From Octopus vulgaris (lineage: Eukaryota): a stretch of 64,000 nucleotides of DNA. Positions 1 through 45,654 of this stretch are shown here, piece by piece. Position 1 is the first letter of the stretch, and each line of letters opens with the position of its first letter. The stretch is taken from positions 80,910,001 to 80,974,000 of the forward strand of contig OX597826.1 in assembly GCA_951406725.2 (NCBI GenBank), read 5' to 3'. Under the pieces are notes generated by a model that saw only the letters and a list, made by a program, of their open reading frames with translations, was not told the origin of the DNA and did no database searches. Both the position numbers and the translations under genes were made by a program.

Positions 1-188
1 GAGACAAATTTTAACAGCAAAATCTTATCTGGATCCTGGTTGTGAATCTCTGTTCTAAAAGATGGAATGATTGTGGTTGGAATGTCTTTTATCATGGGTC
101 TGGTCAGTCAGGACCAATTCGGAGCTAAACATCAACATTGCGTCGTCTTTTTCAAAATCTTTATTGAAATTCTTTCCTCTTTTCTCAG

Positions 189-29962
<29,774 letters not shown>

Positions 29963-32900
29963 AGCGGCTTTCAGTGGTGGACCAATGCAGGCGAGTTTAG
30001 ACATGGCCATCGCCTTCAGCAATCTCTTCAAATCTCTTAACACTTACAGCCAGGTTTCTCTTGCTTTTTATTTCCCCTCTAAACTCTCTTCTTTCTTTCT
30101 TCCTTATTCTCTCCCTCTCTCTCTCTCTCTCTCTTTCCTCCTCATTTACCGTATTTCTGTTGCAGGAAGCTTCAGCGCCCTGCTCGTGCACGTGTTTGCC
30201 ATAGCCCTGCTTCCACCTCCACCTGGCGATGAGGTCCACTGCTTGACATTTGATGCTATCCAGTCAGGCCTCGGCCTGCGTCTGTATGTTGTCTCTTTTG
30301 GTGTCTCTGCTGTCAACGCTACATGTGTCGGTCCAGGGCACTCCAGCAGGATCTCATACACCAGCAGCTGGAGGTTACAAGGAAACAGCTAGAAATTTCA
30401 TAATTTGCCACTAATTAACTGGTGGAAATGATTGTGATGATGGTGGTCGCTATGGTGATAGAGGATCACCTTGATAGCTCGGAGGACAGCAGTCGTTTTC
30501 AATGACTTCTTCCATCAAGCCATCTTCCAATTGAGTCTTTAATTCTCTTTCTTCTAAATTATCTCTCTCTTCCTCCATCTCTATCTCTCTTTATCTCTCT
30601 CTGCCCCCCCCCCCTCTCATGTTCTCAATGATGAAATCTGGCTTGTTAACAAGAGAAAAGTGAAAAGAAGTTAACCAAACTAACATTGGAGGAAATAAAT
30701 GTTAGTAAAAGTATTTAAAAAAAGAAGCAAAACATTAAATGAAACAAGAGTAAAAAAAAAGAATTTAATGACAAGGGAATGTCTGCTCCTAGTCTGTAGA
30801 CAAGGATTCTGATAATGTTTTAATTACTATAACCTGCCCTCTGCCACAGTCTCTCGATGTACACACACATATATACACTTAATTTCACCTTCTAATGCTA
30901 ATTGTTCCTCTAACTCTCAGAATAAACCACGAATCTAGCAGTTTTCCCCACTGAACATTGTCTGCTGAAATCTGGATATTAGACGAAAGAAAACGATCTC
31001 TCTTCTTGTACCACCTCTGTGTGTGTGTGTGTGTGTGTATGTTGGCATGTGTGTGTGTGTGATTGTATATGTTGGCGTGTGTGTGTGTGTTTTGGTGTAT
31101 GACAGCGTGTGTTCATGCATGATCGACTTCAATTCATGAGCAGCATATATAGCCGTAACTGCCCGTGATTTGTGTGCGTGTGACACAACTGTCTTCACAT
31201 CTTTACATAAATGGGTGTGGCTGTGCAGCTGTCCTCACTTACCTGTTTGGGTGGCTTCACTACTCCCCCCCCCCCAACACAAACACACAATGTGTGTTTA
31301 TAGCTTCCCGCATTTACCCAACCCTATGTGCAGATGGGTAAATGCATGTGTGTGTGCATCTACTGCACATAAATCTCTGCATTTATATGTCCACACTTAC
31401 ATTGCTGTTTTGTGCGCCTGCTTGCACAGAGCCATGTTGGCTGCTGGGGCAACGACCCACACTCGTTAACCTGTGAATTAAAGCTGCTCTTAGATCTCCG
31501 TGGTTTCAGCTTACACTTTCCTCTATTTGTGGATTCAGCTACTCACACTCACCTGCCTGAGTTCTGTTGTCCACATTTTACCCATGTTTGTGAGGGAACA
31601 GTAAACGATATGCCATAAATGGTGTGTAGTGCTCCCCTCTCCCAGTGGCGGTGGTGGTCGTCGTGGTTGGAAGTCAGGGTATTCTCAAACAATTAGTCTA
31701 CCTTCTCAATACTACAATGCCCTATATTTGTTATTCATTTACCCGTATTATACAATTAGTGTGCAGTTTTGTTTTGGGTTTGAAAACTAAAGTTTTTTTT
31801 TGCCTCCTACACAACCTTCGACACTTGCTGAAACCTGAGTTACGATTGTAACCAGTTCCTTCCTTGCAAAAACAAAAAAAACCTACCCTGTCTTACTGAA
31901 TACCTTCATGCTTAGCAATTCTTTTGTCTGTGTCTGCAGATGTTGCTAGAGCAGTTGGAAGCCGGGTTAAGATTTATCCATCACTCCACTATTCTACTCT
32001 TCCTCCTCCTCAGCTTGGCTCGCAAACCAAGTTGTCTGCCCTCCTTTCGCCCATACATGCACACGCTGTAGTTGTTTGTGTCGTTGTAATACAGTGGTTG
32101 TATCCCTCTACATTTGTAGACTTGTGCTATAGAAAATTGCACGAGAAAATATTTACAGGCTTCTAGGGAAAATAAAATGTTGATCGTGGTGTGCTGTCAA
32201 AGTAATAAGAGTGAGTGGTAGACCACCTGACGTGTAATTCACAATCCAAAGCTAACGATTTAGTAAAAATGAATGAGTTTCTTTAAAAGACAATAGTTAA
32301 GTAGAAGTACCAAACATGACTTGGGAATGGTGTCATTGGGAAAAATATGGAAAAAAAAACATTTGATAAAATGATTGACTTAACATGAAAGATCTGACTT
32401 TTTTGCTTTGTTTCATGTGTGTAAATATTTGACACTGGAATACTAAAGTCATTTCAGTTGACTAATCCAGCCGTCAAAATGTCTGGCCTTGAGTCTATTG
32501 TTAGAAATGCAGAAATTAGTAGACATTGTCTTCAAGAAAGAGAAGCTATTGTGATGGCGATTACTGGAGTGTCTTGAGACAAAGGTTAACGATCACAATC
32601 ATCGTCATCATCATCTCTGTCTTCAGATTTGGCTACAGATATTTCTGATGTTCTCACAGATGGATCATGATTTGAATTAATCCTGTATTATCTTGTAGCT
32701 TCAAGATTTTGAATGATGTGATTGTTTACGTCTAGAATGACATTGCTGGGTAGGTGTGAGAGGCCAGTTCTGGCCATTCTGAACTTAAAACAGGTGAAAT
32801 ATCCGGGGCCAGTTTAGATGCTAATGGTTTGACTGCTGTTTTGACTTTCATTTTGCAGCAGAAATTTTAAACAAGCAAAAAAGAAAATCAATCAGAATTT

Positions 32901-35900
32901 ACGGAGTGCCTCTCCGAAAGCACTTCACCACAAAGTACATGGATCGAGTCCCTGTGCAGGCAGGAGGAGTCCTGCTGATGGAGTCATTGTATTTCTGTCT
33001 TCACTATTTAAAGGGCTTTAAATGAAACTATAACAATAACCAACACACAGCTAACCCATCAATCTGTTGGTTGATTCCCATTCTGTGTGTGTGTGTGTGT
33101 CCATGTGTCCCTCTTTTTCCTGTGCCATATTCTTGTTATAACCACACACAACCCTCAGCCGTTCAACTCCTCTGTTTTTCACATTCAGAGATGATTCTTT
33201 GAATTTTCTCCCTTTGGGTTCTTCAGGGTCAGAAGAGGGAAAAGTGATTGTGAAAATGTAAAGTGGTCGTTGTCGTTAAAACTGAGGAAACATCTTTGAT
33301 GAGGTTTTTTTTTATTTTTTTCAACCTTTTTGTCAAGTTTTCTTTTTATTGTCTGTTCATGTATGTTCTGATAATAATAATAATCCTTTCTACTGAAGGC
33401 ACAAGACCTGAAATTTGGTGCTAGGGGGTGTTAGTTGATTACATCAACCCCAGTGCTTAACCAGTACTTATTTTATCAACTCCGAAAGGTTGAAAGGCCA
33501 AGTCAACCTTGGTGGAATTTACTCAGAATGTAAAAACCAACAAAATACCACTGAGCATTTTGCTGCCCCGGGGCCTGCTAACGGTTCTGCCCGCTCCCCC
33601 TGCCTTAAAATTATAATAACTTTAATAGTAGTATCCTCCCAGTGTTCAGTATCCCACCAGCGGAACTGACATCCACACTATGAACTAATGATACACGTGT
33701 CCCCTTATGCAGTGCCCTTCTTTGCTGTCTGCAAGAGTTTGCCATACCTATCGTCCCTCCCCTCAAACCACTGATTTCTAAATAGTGAAATGTGTGGGAG
33801 TGGGAATAAGGCCATTGGTGTATTGCAAACTGTCTCCTGTTTGTTGGAGACACCGTGGAGTCTTCTAGTTACGGAAGGAAACGGATCAACAGCTCAAAGG
33901 TTGTTAGTTGGTCGTCACCCTAACATTTTTGCCATCTGCAATTCACACAAACACACATTTAAATTATTGTCTTCAGTAAAACTACTACACTCACCCCCCC
34001 CTGCACTCCCAACAACAACCACAACAATTATTATTATTAGTGTGGAGGCACACAATGGCCTAGTGGTTAGGGTAGGGGGAGCCCTGCTGTATTCTTTCAC
34101 CACAACTTTCTCTCACTCTTTCTTCCTCTTTCTCTTGTACCTGTATTTCAAAGGGGCCAGCCTTGTCACACTCTGTGTCATGCTGAATCTCCCCCAAAAG
34201 CTACGTGTCTGTGGAGGGCTCAGCCACTTGCCCGTTAATTTCACAAGCAGGCTGTTCTCTTGATCGGATCAACTGGGACCCTCATCGCTGTAACCGACGG
34301 AGTGCCACGATTATTATTAATAATTATTATTTTAGGTGATAAGTTGGTGGAATCATAAGCCTGTCCTTAGCAACATTTCTTTCATCTCTACATTCTGAGT
34401 TCAAATCCCACCATGGTCCACTTTGCCTTTCATCTTTGCGGGGCTGATGAACACAGTGTTTGAGGCAATCAACTCACTCCCTCCCCTGGATCTGCTGGCC
34501 TTGTGCCAAAATTTAGAATCATTATTATTATTATTACTTTTATTTTGTGACCTATTATATTTTCAGTTTTATTTTGGTTTTTTTTTCCCTTGCAGTTTTT
34601 TTTATAATTATATATATATTCATTTACTATGAAAATGGTAATTATAAACATTTCTTCAGCATTTATATTTGCGGTTCAGTTAGTATGTAACTGTTACCAA
34701 AATGCAGTAAGCATAGCTCGCCTTTAACTGGGTCACAGTTTTAGTTCACATGTCATTTAGCCAGATATTGACTTGACATAGATCTCCTTGATAGTGGCTG
34801 CCCAAGGGTTACACAACTATGTGTGCATGCACACACACACACACACACGCACGTAATATCTATTTTTAGACACACACACACATATATATATATATATATT
34901 ATTTGCTTAAGGCCTTCAGTTTATCATGGAAATATATAATCAGATATAAACTGGTGCGTGTGGTCTATTTTGTGTGTGTGTGTGTATGTGCTTCTTCCCT
35001 TCATAAAAAAGATCCACATTGTATTCATGTCTTTACAAAGCCTCTCCCATCGCGTGAAAGGAGCAGGTTTCAAAACTGATTACAGTGGTATAAAACCCAT
35101 AGGATATCATTCAGTATGCCAGCCAGAGGCCCCTATTAAGGTCTTCCTCCAGGCATTTATGCACTTATTGCTGCAACTCAATACTCTTATACGATGCGCT
35201 TTTTATATTAAAATATCATTTCCTTAGATTAATTGTCAGAGTGTAAAATTATCCTATAGCAGGATTTCACACATGAGGGCCCTGACCTCATGCCTAGGTA
35301 TTTCATTATAACCAAGAGTAGCTTGGTAGCATCCAAAAGCTTCGTGCCACATGAATTGCATGGCATCTCCTCTTTGTGTGCAGCTTTTCCTCTGCATATT
35401 ACCATCACTTGAAAGATTTATAAGAGCAGTGATCTGAAAAGTGTTCATGCAGAAGTTTCTTTGGCAGCAGAACATTTACTTTTTTGGGTGTATCTGTGTG
35501 TGTGTGTAAGTTGAAAATGCACTTGGAGTTTTTAAGGAAATTTATTTAGTTATCTAACCAGTTTGACGATTTCATTATTTTCCAAAAGTAGTAGAGAAGA
35601 GGGGGGACATGGAGTTTTGCCAAATTTGTCTTGACTCTTGAGACTCTGAGAGCCAAGACTAATATAACAGAGCTCCAAGCCCCTTATCTCTACCACTTTT
35701 TGGAAAATAATGAAATTGTGAAACCGGTTAAGTAACTCTAAATAAATGTTCTTAAAGACTCCAAGTGCATTTTTAACTTCTTTATATTTCTGCTCACGTG
35801 AGAGAAAAAAACTTAATTTCTTGTGTATTTGTATGCAGATATTTGTGTGTGTGTATACACATACCTGTATATGTATATATATGTATGTAGATGTGTACAT

Positions 35901-36152
35901 GCACTCATATATACACACACAGTCTCTAATCTCTTGAATTTCTAGAAATCTTTCTCCCAGCCATTATTATTTAGATTGACTGAGTCAGAGCATCGGACAA
36001 TATCTTATGGCATTCGTTTCAGCTTTTTATGTTCTGAATTCAGATCCTTACAGGATCAGCCTTTAACCTTGTGGGGTTTGGTAAATCAACTAACCCCCCC
36101 ACCCACCTCTGCCAAATTCCTGGCCTTGTACCTATGCTGGACATTACTATTA

Positions 36153-36185
<33 letters not shown>

Positions 36186-38585
36186 TTTTAAATTATAAAT
36201 TACTGTGTGGCTAAAATTCAACTTATGTAAAAAAGAAATCTCTACTGTCTCTCCCTTCCCCCTCTTCCTCCAGGACCCTTATAACCAAATTTATAAGCTT
36301 CTGGAATTTTTATAAACCCTGGGTTTCAAGTTTTGCCTCCTAAAGCAGTTATTGCATTGATCCCTTAAGCAAGACCCTTAACTCTAATCGCCCCTAAAAA
36401 ACTTTTATGCCTTTGTGAGAAATCCTTATATCCAGTTTCCTGGTATTTATTCCACTTTACAACATTTTCTGTATTTATTTATGTTTTTTTTCCTTTATTG
36501 TAGACATTTTTTACACTTTTTTATTTCTTAATTTTTATTTTCTCTTCTCCTCCACTTTGGAATGAATATTTTTACTTTTTCATATTTTTTTTTTGTTTCA
36601 AGCCAGAATGTCACTAAATCCTGTAAATATGAAAAAAAATATGTATCTTTTTGTTGATGTTGTTGTTGTTGTTCTTGTTTTTATTTATTATTATTATTAT
36701 TTTATTGTTGCTGTTATTTATTTCCTCCAAAAGTTTTTGTGATGAGGACAACAGTAGAAATTTCTAAATATTCACCTGTGCACCCTCTAACCCAAACACA
36801 TTTTTTAAAAATACCCATTTCTCCCATCCCCAGGAACCAAAGTTTGTATGTCCCTTTTCTAGAAGGACCAAGCTATGCGCCTACCTTTGGACCAAACTCT
36901 GTGTCCAAACCGAACCCGCTGCTGATGTTTTCAGAATTAATTTCCATTAGGAAGGAAAAAAATCGTCAACATCCGCATGCATTCATCTATTTTTTATCTT
37001 ACCCCCCCCCCCCTCGCCCCTAAACGCCCTCCCCTACCCCCCTGTCATATTGTAATATTGACTGGCTGGTGTTTTTATTTCCTTCTTTCTTACATACAAA
37101 ATAGCAGTATTTTATCCTTTTTGGTTGGAACCATGCATGCATGCTTTTGAATTTTAAGTTTTGTTCTTATTTTCTTTACGATCGGATTAATTGGAGAACC
37201 AAACCTTCATACCCTTTTCTTCTCTCTCTCTTCTTTGTTACCAAAGAATTTCTTTTAAAAGCAATGTCCAAAGTGTTCCATTGTCCATTTCAAGACCACA
37301 CACCAACACCTGCTGCTAACCAAACTGTTCTCTTTAATCAGTTGTTGTTCTTCTCCATTTGCTTTCACTGAAAATGAAGAATGGAAAAAAGAAAGCAATT
37401 AGAAGGAATGACCTTGGGCCATTCTTCCCAGGAATAAGTGCAAAAGAAGGCTATAATATTTTTTTATTCTTCTTTGAACAACAAACACAAGTTTGGTTGG
37501 TTCAGTATTTCTGCCATGGTTCGACTGAGGGTCCTTATTATCTAAGATTGGCATTTTACAACTGCACGCAAAAACAAACGAATAATTTACCTTTCTAGAA
37601 TCCTGGAGAGGACAGTCACCGGAACAGTTTAAAATGGTTTGCAGAGTTGTAGCAGGAATGGTTTTGTACAAACAGAGAATCCCTACAATAGGCATGATTT
37701 GGGATGTTGGCCCTTGAATTTTAAAAGGGAAGGAGAATAATGAGGAATGGTCACAGGTTTTGTCTTTGGAATAGCAGCAGAGTTGACCTTGATTGTTGAT
37801 TCGGTGCAGACATGATTGTGTGGTCAGGCAGCTTGCTTCTCAACCATGTGGACCATGTGGTCTTGCATTCAGTCCCACTGCGTGACACCTTGGACGAGTG
37901 TCTTCAGCTATAACCCTGGGCCAACCAATGCCATGTGAGTGCCTTTGGTTGACAGGAACTGAAAGAAGCCCTTTGTGTGTATACATTTGTCAAACCCATG
38001 CCAGCATTGAAAACGAACATTAAACGATGATGATGATGATGTCTTTGTGTTTGTCCCCCACACACACACTTCCAACCAGTGTCCATTTTGTTTTTACGTC
38101 CCCCTCACCTAGCAGTTCAACAAAAGAGACCAATAGAATAAGTACCAGGCTTAAAATTTGTACTGGGGTCGATTTGTTCCATTAATATTTTTCAAGGTGG
38201 TGCCCCAGCATGGCCACACTCTGAAGGCAAATGGCAGTCTTCTCTTCACGGCTCACCACCACCACCTCCTCACTGCTTTCACTCTTTCACTCTTATCCTT
38301 GTCAACATGGTCTGCCCCTATGACCGTCTCCACTTCACTGATAACCTCTGTCCCTGTGTGTGCTAGTTTGTAATAAGATAGCAATCGATTATCGTCACCC
38401 TCCCCCCCTCTCTCTCCTTGTGTGTGTATCTATCAGTTCACCGTTTACTGTATCCTCAGTCAAGGAGCATAACTCTTGCCTGCCTCAGCCAATTCCTGTC
38501 CCCTTACGTCCCATCAGTGTCAATATCTCGGTTGTGTGCTAAACAGAAGCAACGAGATACCTTTAAACATATATACAAACCAACT

Positions 38586-38622
<37 letters not shown>

Positions 38623-41600
38623 GCATTGCATGTAAATTTGTACACAAAATATTGTATTAATGGTGGGGCGGGTCTGGAACCACATTTCTCGCGTCTTGGT
38701 TGAACTGACATCAGCAGTATTTGTTTCTCTGCTGTGTTTGTTTTGTTAGTTGTTGTAATTTGATGATTTGAAACACACAGGAGAGAACAATGTCTTTTGA
38801 AGGCAACAAAGGAGGGGGTTTTTTTTGTGTGTGGTTTGTGTTGTTATCTGGTTGTTTGCTTGGAGACACAAGGCACATTGTATTAAGCCAGCTCCCGTAG
38901 GAGGTGGCTTAATACAGCACTGATGTGTGTGTGTGTGTGTCTGTGCAATCATATGAGCAATTAATGTTGACCCCCTTTACTTATCCACTACTTTGAGAAT
39001 GTTCAGCATACCAGATTCAGTGGGATGTCAGCATCTGACCTCTATCGATCCAGCTGTGACCATTCCGCTGAAATCAGGTGATCTCTGCTGGGAATGTTAT
39101 ACATGCACACCTGTGCATTCGTATGTGTATAAAATGTGTTGTACATTTGGTTCTGCAATCAGGAGAAAAAAAAATTACTCAGCAAATTGAGAAGAGAGAT
39201 TAATGATTCATTTCATTGTTAGTCAGAGTCATTAACCATCTAATTAGCACAGCGACGAACCCTGTGTCAATTACCCATATTGAACATGTATTAACACATG
39301 CAGACTTGCATGCATAATCTCTCTCAAATCAAGATATCATTCATACTTAATTGTTATGCCAACAAATCTAATCTGATAATCCACAGAACTTTTAATCCGT
39401 AGAGATTATGTGCAGTGGTACTGGTGTATCATTTGTATTCCCTTAATTTACTTAAACATAGCTTTCAAACTATCATCCATGCAATTTATTTTAACTCACA
39501 AATGTGTGTGTGTGTAAATCACAGTGTATAAAGATACAAGCCATTAATAGTTTCCTGCTGTGGAAACCTGTGTCTCGGCAGATTTTTATAAAATGCCTTG
39601 TGTCACCAAGCAAACAAGGTGTGTTATAAACCCTGCCGAGACCTACATCTCCATGCAAAAAACTATTAGTAACCCTTATTTTAACTGTTGACATTAAATG
39701 TTAGTTATTTCTCAATGAAACAGTAAACTAGAGAGAGAGAGAGTGAGTGTATGTGTGTGTGTGTGTGTTCATGGTGAATTTAGGTAGAAACAGTGAAAAC
39801 AAACAATACAATGAAATTTCTTTATCAGCCATCAAATTAGATGTGGCTGAAATATCAACACCTTTGTTTGTGTGTGTGACTTCTCTCACAAGACTTAAGG
39901 TCAGTCAAAGACAATAGTAGAAGGCACTCCTGATGCTGTGCAGTGGGACTGAACCAGAAACCACACAGTTGGGAAGTGATAAACATATGTGTATATGTGT
40001 GTGTAAACACATGCAAATATGTATATTTCTATGTATGTGTTATATATGTGTGTGTGTGTGAGGCAGACAGTTTTATTTTATATTTTAGTGAAGAAACTGC
40101 AATTTATAGATAGCTGCTGCTCTGAAACATAGACACACACACACACACACATATTATATTATAATATAGTGTGGGTCAGTGGTTAGGATGTTGCACTCAC
40201 AGGTGCAAGACCATGGGTTTGCATCCCAGACTGGGCAGCATGTTGTGTTCTTAGCGAAAATGCTTGCTTTTACATTGCCGCAGTCCATTTAGCTGTAAGT
40301 AGGTAACCCTGTCATGGAATATGCTTCCTATCAGGGGAATGTTGACCTTCCTGCCTAGCCAGCAGGGTGGGGGTCATTTGAATGCTAAAAAAATGTGAAG
40401 TGCATTGTGACTAGCAATGTATAACCTCCAATAGTCAGGTCGATACCATGATATTTTCTTATATACATATTCATACACAACACAACATGCATTAGGAAAC
40501 TTTAAATGATTCTTAAAGCAGTTAAACCACAGTTGTTCTGCTTTCGCCCATGGAACATTGAGCAGATGTGAAGACATCTTGGAACTCTCTTCATCCCAAG
40601 AAAAATAAGAGAAAGCGAGAAACACAATCTCATTTATTTTTCCCAACATAAACAGGTAACGATGCACTTACATAAAATTCCTCTAGGTTACTTTAAATTT
40701 ATTTTACACACTCAAACACACAGGTATTCACACACACATTTATGGTGATGGTGATGATGATGATGATAGTGGGGTTAGCTAACCATTTTTGTTTTTTGGT
40801 TTTTTTTATTCTTGAAAGCCTCTAATTGATACTTTGATCGATGGCACTACTTGGAGATGATGATGGCCAAATTTATAGGATATCGGACAATCGGCCACAG
40901 GTGGACCAGTGGCTGATTTGTGTCATATTACCAACTCTGCACAGTCTGTGACACTTTTAAACGGGGGCAATCTAACTAGCCATAGGTGTGGGCCACATAA
41001 TGGAGTTGGTCACCATTGAAAGTTGTAAACAGGGGTAACATTACCGTGGCACTTGGCCATTGTTTTGTTGGGTCGCTGATGCGTTTAGTAGGATTGAGGT
41101 CCTCTTGTAGGGTGAGTGAAGGGCCACTATAGAAGCACCATTTTCTGCCATCCTGCTTAAAATCCCACAAGCACCACTCATTCTAGAATGGTGATCATGG
41201 AAGCAAATGGATGAACAGGGTGCGCTATTTCGATAATGATTTTGGGGTGGAAAGGAAAATATAACAAGTTAAAATGTTAAAGAAATAAAGCAAGCAAAAA
41301 GATATATATATATATATATATATGAATACAGTTTGTACATGTGTATGAATATATATATATATATATATATGTGCGTGTGTGTGTGAATGTGTGTGCATAT
41401 ATATAAATATATATATATATATGAACTGAATTTGAAATGAAGTCAAAAATCAAAATTTCTGTAGAAATCTTTCCTGTGACTCTCTCCCATCGCTTGGAAT
41501 TTTCTACTTAAACCTTACTTTGGCACAAATTTTGGTGTTATTTATTTTATTTTTGTTAAGTTTCCAGAAAGTGATCATAACATTATATTTCCTTCTTCAA

Positions 41601-44600
41601 AAATTCAGCACATAATTCCCTCTTGTGGCCAATGATGATGTGTCTTTCTGATCAGGAAGGTTTTTATGCCAGTCAAGAAAAATATAAATAAGACAAAGAT
41701 TGCTCCCTCCCCACCTTCTTTTTTTTTTCCAATGGCATGGCAAATTTTGTGAATCTTGTCAGAATTTTGGTTTAGATTCCTTTAATTTCTTTTGATTTAA
41801 AGATTAAAGAGAGAAAAATATATTTAAAAAAAAAGCAACCAAACAAGGAATAAATCAGTTGAACACTGGGATAGAATAAAAAAAAAATTGCAAAATATAT
41901 TCTTTGCTCAGTTGCCAGGGAGAAAAAAAAATATATAATTATGGAAAAATGAAATTAAATATAAAAAAGAAAAAACGTTTTGACCAAAGCAATGAAATAA
42001 TGAAATAAAGATTATATTGATGGTAATAATTAAAATAAAAATACATTTAAAAAAGTAATTATCAAAAGAGAGAATAAATGAAAGAAAATTGAAAATGAGA
42101 AAGCAAAAGTTATTTAAAAAAGAAAAAGAAAAATAAGCCCAGTAAAAAAAAAAGCAACAAAAACCCCAAAAAAGAAAATCGTAAAGAATGCTACATATAA
42201 TGTCCAGCAAAAGTCTGAGCTTATCTTGTGGGTGACCATTGTCCTAAACGGACGGCACCGGACAGGATAAAAGCTGATGCTGGCTCCAACAGCTCCTCTA
42301 TGTCTGACAGTCTTTAGCTTCATTCTACTGAAGCGCCCTCATTGCATTCCTGCATAATTAAAAACCATTTAATCCAAGACCAATTTAAAGATGTTAAATT
42401 GTTTTATTTCTTCGTTCTTTTGTTGTTGTTGTTGTTAATCCTGTTATTGTTCTGATGGACTCAACCAGTTGACACCTCTCGCTTGCAATATCCTCACTTT
42501 ACATTTCAGCAAGAAACAAACAAAAAAAAAATGACTTTTGTCCCACATGGTGCAACAACACTTAAATAAAAATTAGCAAATGTTATTGTCAGGAATATGA
42601 CTGAAGCAAATCCAAAGACACAGTTTTCAACAACACAACAGTGTGTTAATAATAAATTAATATTACAAATCAAACACTTATACTGTCTGATTTTTTTGCC
42701 CAAAGTGAGTCAATATATATTTCTTTATTGCCCACAAGGGGCTAAACATAGAGGGGACAGACAAAGGGAATAAGTCGATTACATCGACCCCAGTGCGTAA
42801 CTGGTACTTTATTTATCGACCCCGAAAGGATGAAAAGCAAAGTTGACCTCGGCGGAATTTGAACTTAGTGCTGCAGTGTGGCCGGGAAAACCTGGTAAGA
42901 TGAGTCAGTGACCTGTTTAAGTATGTCCCCAGCTGGAGGCATTATGCTTCTTCTTGGACTCTTGGCAGCTGTGGGGTTAATAGCTGGGATATTTTGGAGA
43001 CGGATAACCCGTTCCAACAAAACACTGCAAGGACATGAAACTTTATACATCAAACTCCTGACAATCCAACGGAGGGAACCTGTGGAAAAGGAACACATGG
43101 GACTCTTCAGATATTGCACATTATTGAGGAAATGACAGGACCAAGATGACTGATGTATTTGAGAAGACCCATTTATCCAAGCAACCATGAGGCCTTAAAG
43201 GCACGTGAGTTAAGTCCCTAACAACTCCCTTCTGTCCTTGTTCACTGCATTCCCCTCATCTTTCATGCGCAAACGTTCTTCCCAATCCTCTATACCACTT
43301 AAATTCGCCCCCCACCCTCTACCTGTTTTGTCCCCTTCTCGTCACCTGGCACTTCCTCAGTTGAGGGAGATCCTGTCTTGCAAGTTACTTGGTGACCCTT
43401 ACTGCATTTGGTGTCACACGAAAGGCATTCAGCCCACACTCTGTGAAGTGGCTGATAATAGGAAGGGCGTCCAGCCATAGAAACCATCCAGAAGAGTTTA
43501 GAGCAGCCCCCTGGCTCACCAGTTCCTGTCCAACCCTTGCAAGCATCATGGCAAACAGACATTAAATGATGATGATGCCATACCAGGTGTAATTGTCAAC
43601 TAAGAAACAATGTTCTTGTTCAACCCTCACATTGGCCCTAATGAAACAGACCTACAGCAAAATACATTTCAGCCCCAAGTCTTCCCTGCTCTCCCTTTGA
43701 GAGGGTCTCTTTTGGCTATTCGTGAGCAAATGTGAACAGGACCCTTCTCTCCACATTTAAGATAAGACACAACACTCACTCACCATATAACTTATTCATT
43801 GCAAGACAAAGTGTGTGCTTTGGCGATCATCATCATCGTTTAACGTCCATGCTAGCATGGGTTGGACGGTTTTGACCGAGAGCTGGCGAACCAGATGGCT
43901 GCACCAGGCTCCAATCTTGATTTGGCTGTTTCTACAGCTGGATGCCCTTCCTAACGCCAACCACTCCGAGAGTATAGTGATCTGTCTAAATATTGATTGC
44001 AAACTCTTTTAGTTGACTCAGTCCAGTTGAACCCAGTAGCATTTAATCTGGCCGTATCCAGCCCAGATATTCTATGCTCAAACCAACCATGTCTGGTCTC
44101 TCACACCTACCACACAATGTCATTCAAAAAATGAACAATCACATAAAAATCTCAAAGCTACAAAATAATGTGTGATTAAAACCATTTCGTCTTGCCCCAG
44201 TCCACTCAGCTGTAAAGGAGTGACCCTTGCAAAGGACTGGCATCCCATCCAGGGGGAATGCTATGCTGTGATCTCAGTCCCTTGTCTTGGGAAACCAGAT
44301 CACTAACGCAACATTGGCATAAATTAGTTAAAAATAAAGTAACTGAATAAAGGAGGAGATGGTCATGACTGGACTGTCTATGATCATACGCTTGTTTCCT
44401 CAATAAGTTGACTTACTTATGGCCCACTGTTGTCTCGTGAACCAGGACTCGAGAGTCTCATACATCAGCCATTTTTATCAGAAAAAGAAAAAGAAGAAAA
44501 AAAACAGAACATAGATCAAAACCAGTTTATTCTGAAAGATGAACATCTCTTCTGCTGTAGTCATCAACAATTTGCGTTTTAACCGTTTAGCGGCATCCAG

Positions 44601-45654
44601 AGATTTTCATGGGGAGATGATGAAAGTACATATTAGCCAATAACAACATAATGTTGACTTTTCCAGACCAAATGAATAATTTATGCTAATTAGCTGCTAC
44701 TTCATTGCAGACGACATCTGATGCATTTTCAGCATGATACACAAATGGCTTGAGTTTATTTATTCTCATTGTCTGCAATTAATCACGCCCAAGTCTGATA
44801 GCTTTAAGATTTCAGTGATGTGGTTGCTTCCTGTTGCTGCTTCTGGCCAGTTTGAACATAAACAAGTAAAATATTTGGGTCCAAGTCTGACTGATTCAAA
44901 TGCTAAGGGGTTAACATAAATGTAGTTCTGGGCCAATATTGTTTATTGCATTAACCTTTTTGATGCCAGACTATTTTAAAGGGTTCGTATTTAAATAAAT
45001 CAATTTTACGTAAGAAACTTTCATTCAGTTCTTTTCCAAACATCAATAACAATCCTGAAAAGTTATTTTATTAAAACTTTTCAATTCTTGATTTGTTTCC
45101 AAATAACTGAAGTATTTCATTGAAAAATATGGTCGCAAAAGAGTTGACCTATATTTCCAATAAAGCATATTCTCCAGGGTTTTCAATTTTGGAAATAATC
45201 AAGAATTCTGAGTTGGTTTTGTGAAATAACTAAATTTCCTTAAGCTGATGGTCTTTGGAAAATAACAGAAACAATTTTTATATAACATTGATGGACGATT
45301 TTAATTTAGATGCAGACATAGCTGTGTGGTTGAATAACGCATTTTGCAGCCATGTGACAGCAGGTTCAATTCCACTGCAAGGCACCAAGGCCAACCCTGG
45401 CTTCACCAAAGCACAAGGGAATATGATAAGGCAGAAACTGTGTGCATAATGTGTATGTGTGTGTGTCTACGTAAATATATATATGTGTGTGTGTATGTAT
45501 ATGCATGTAAATATCAGTTGCATATAGAATGTTTTGTTTAAACAGCCATTTGCTGCAGGATAATCCCACACCAAATCGGAATTTAAAACAAAACACACAA
45601 ACTATAATATATGTGTGTGACTGATAATGTTTACATTACTACAGCTGCCTCAAT

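Noticed and set aside
42908-43135. 75-aa ORF with a transmembrane-like segment
   Set aside because: It overlaps an RTE remnant and lies between repeats; no supporting exon structure or recognisable homology.
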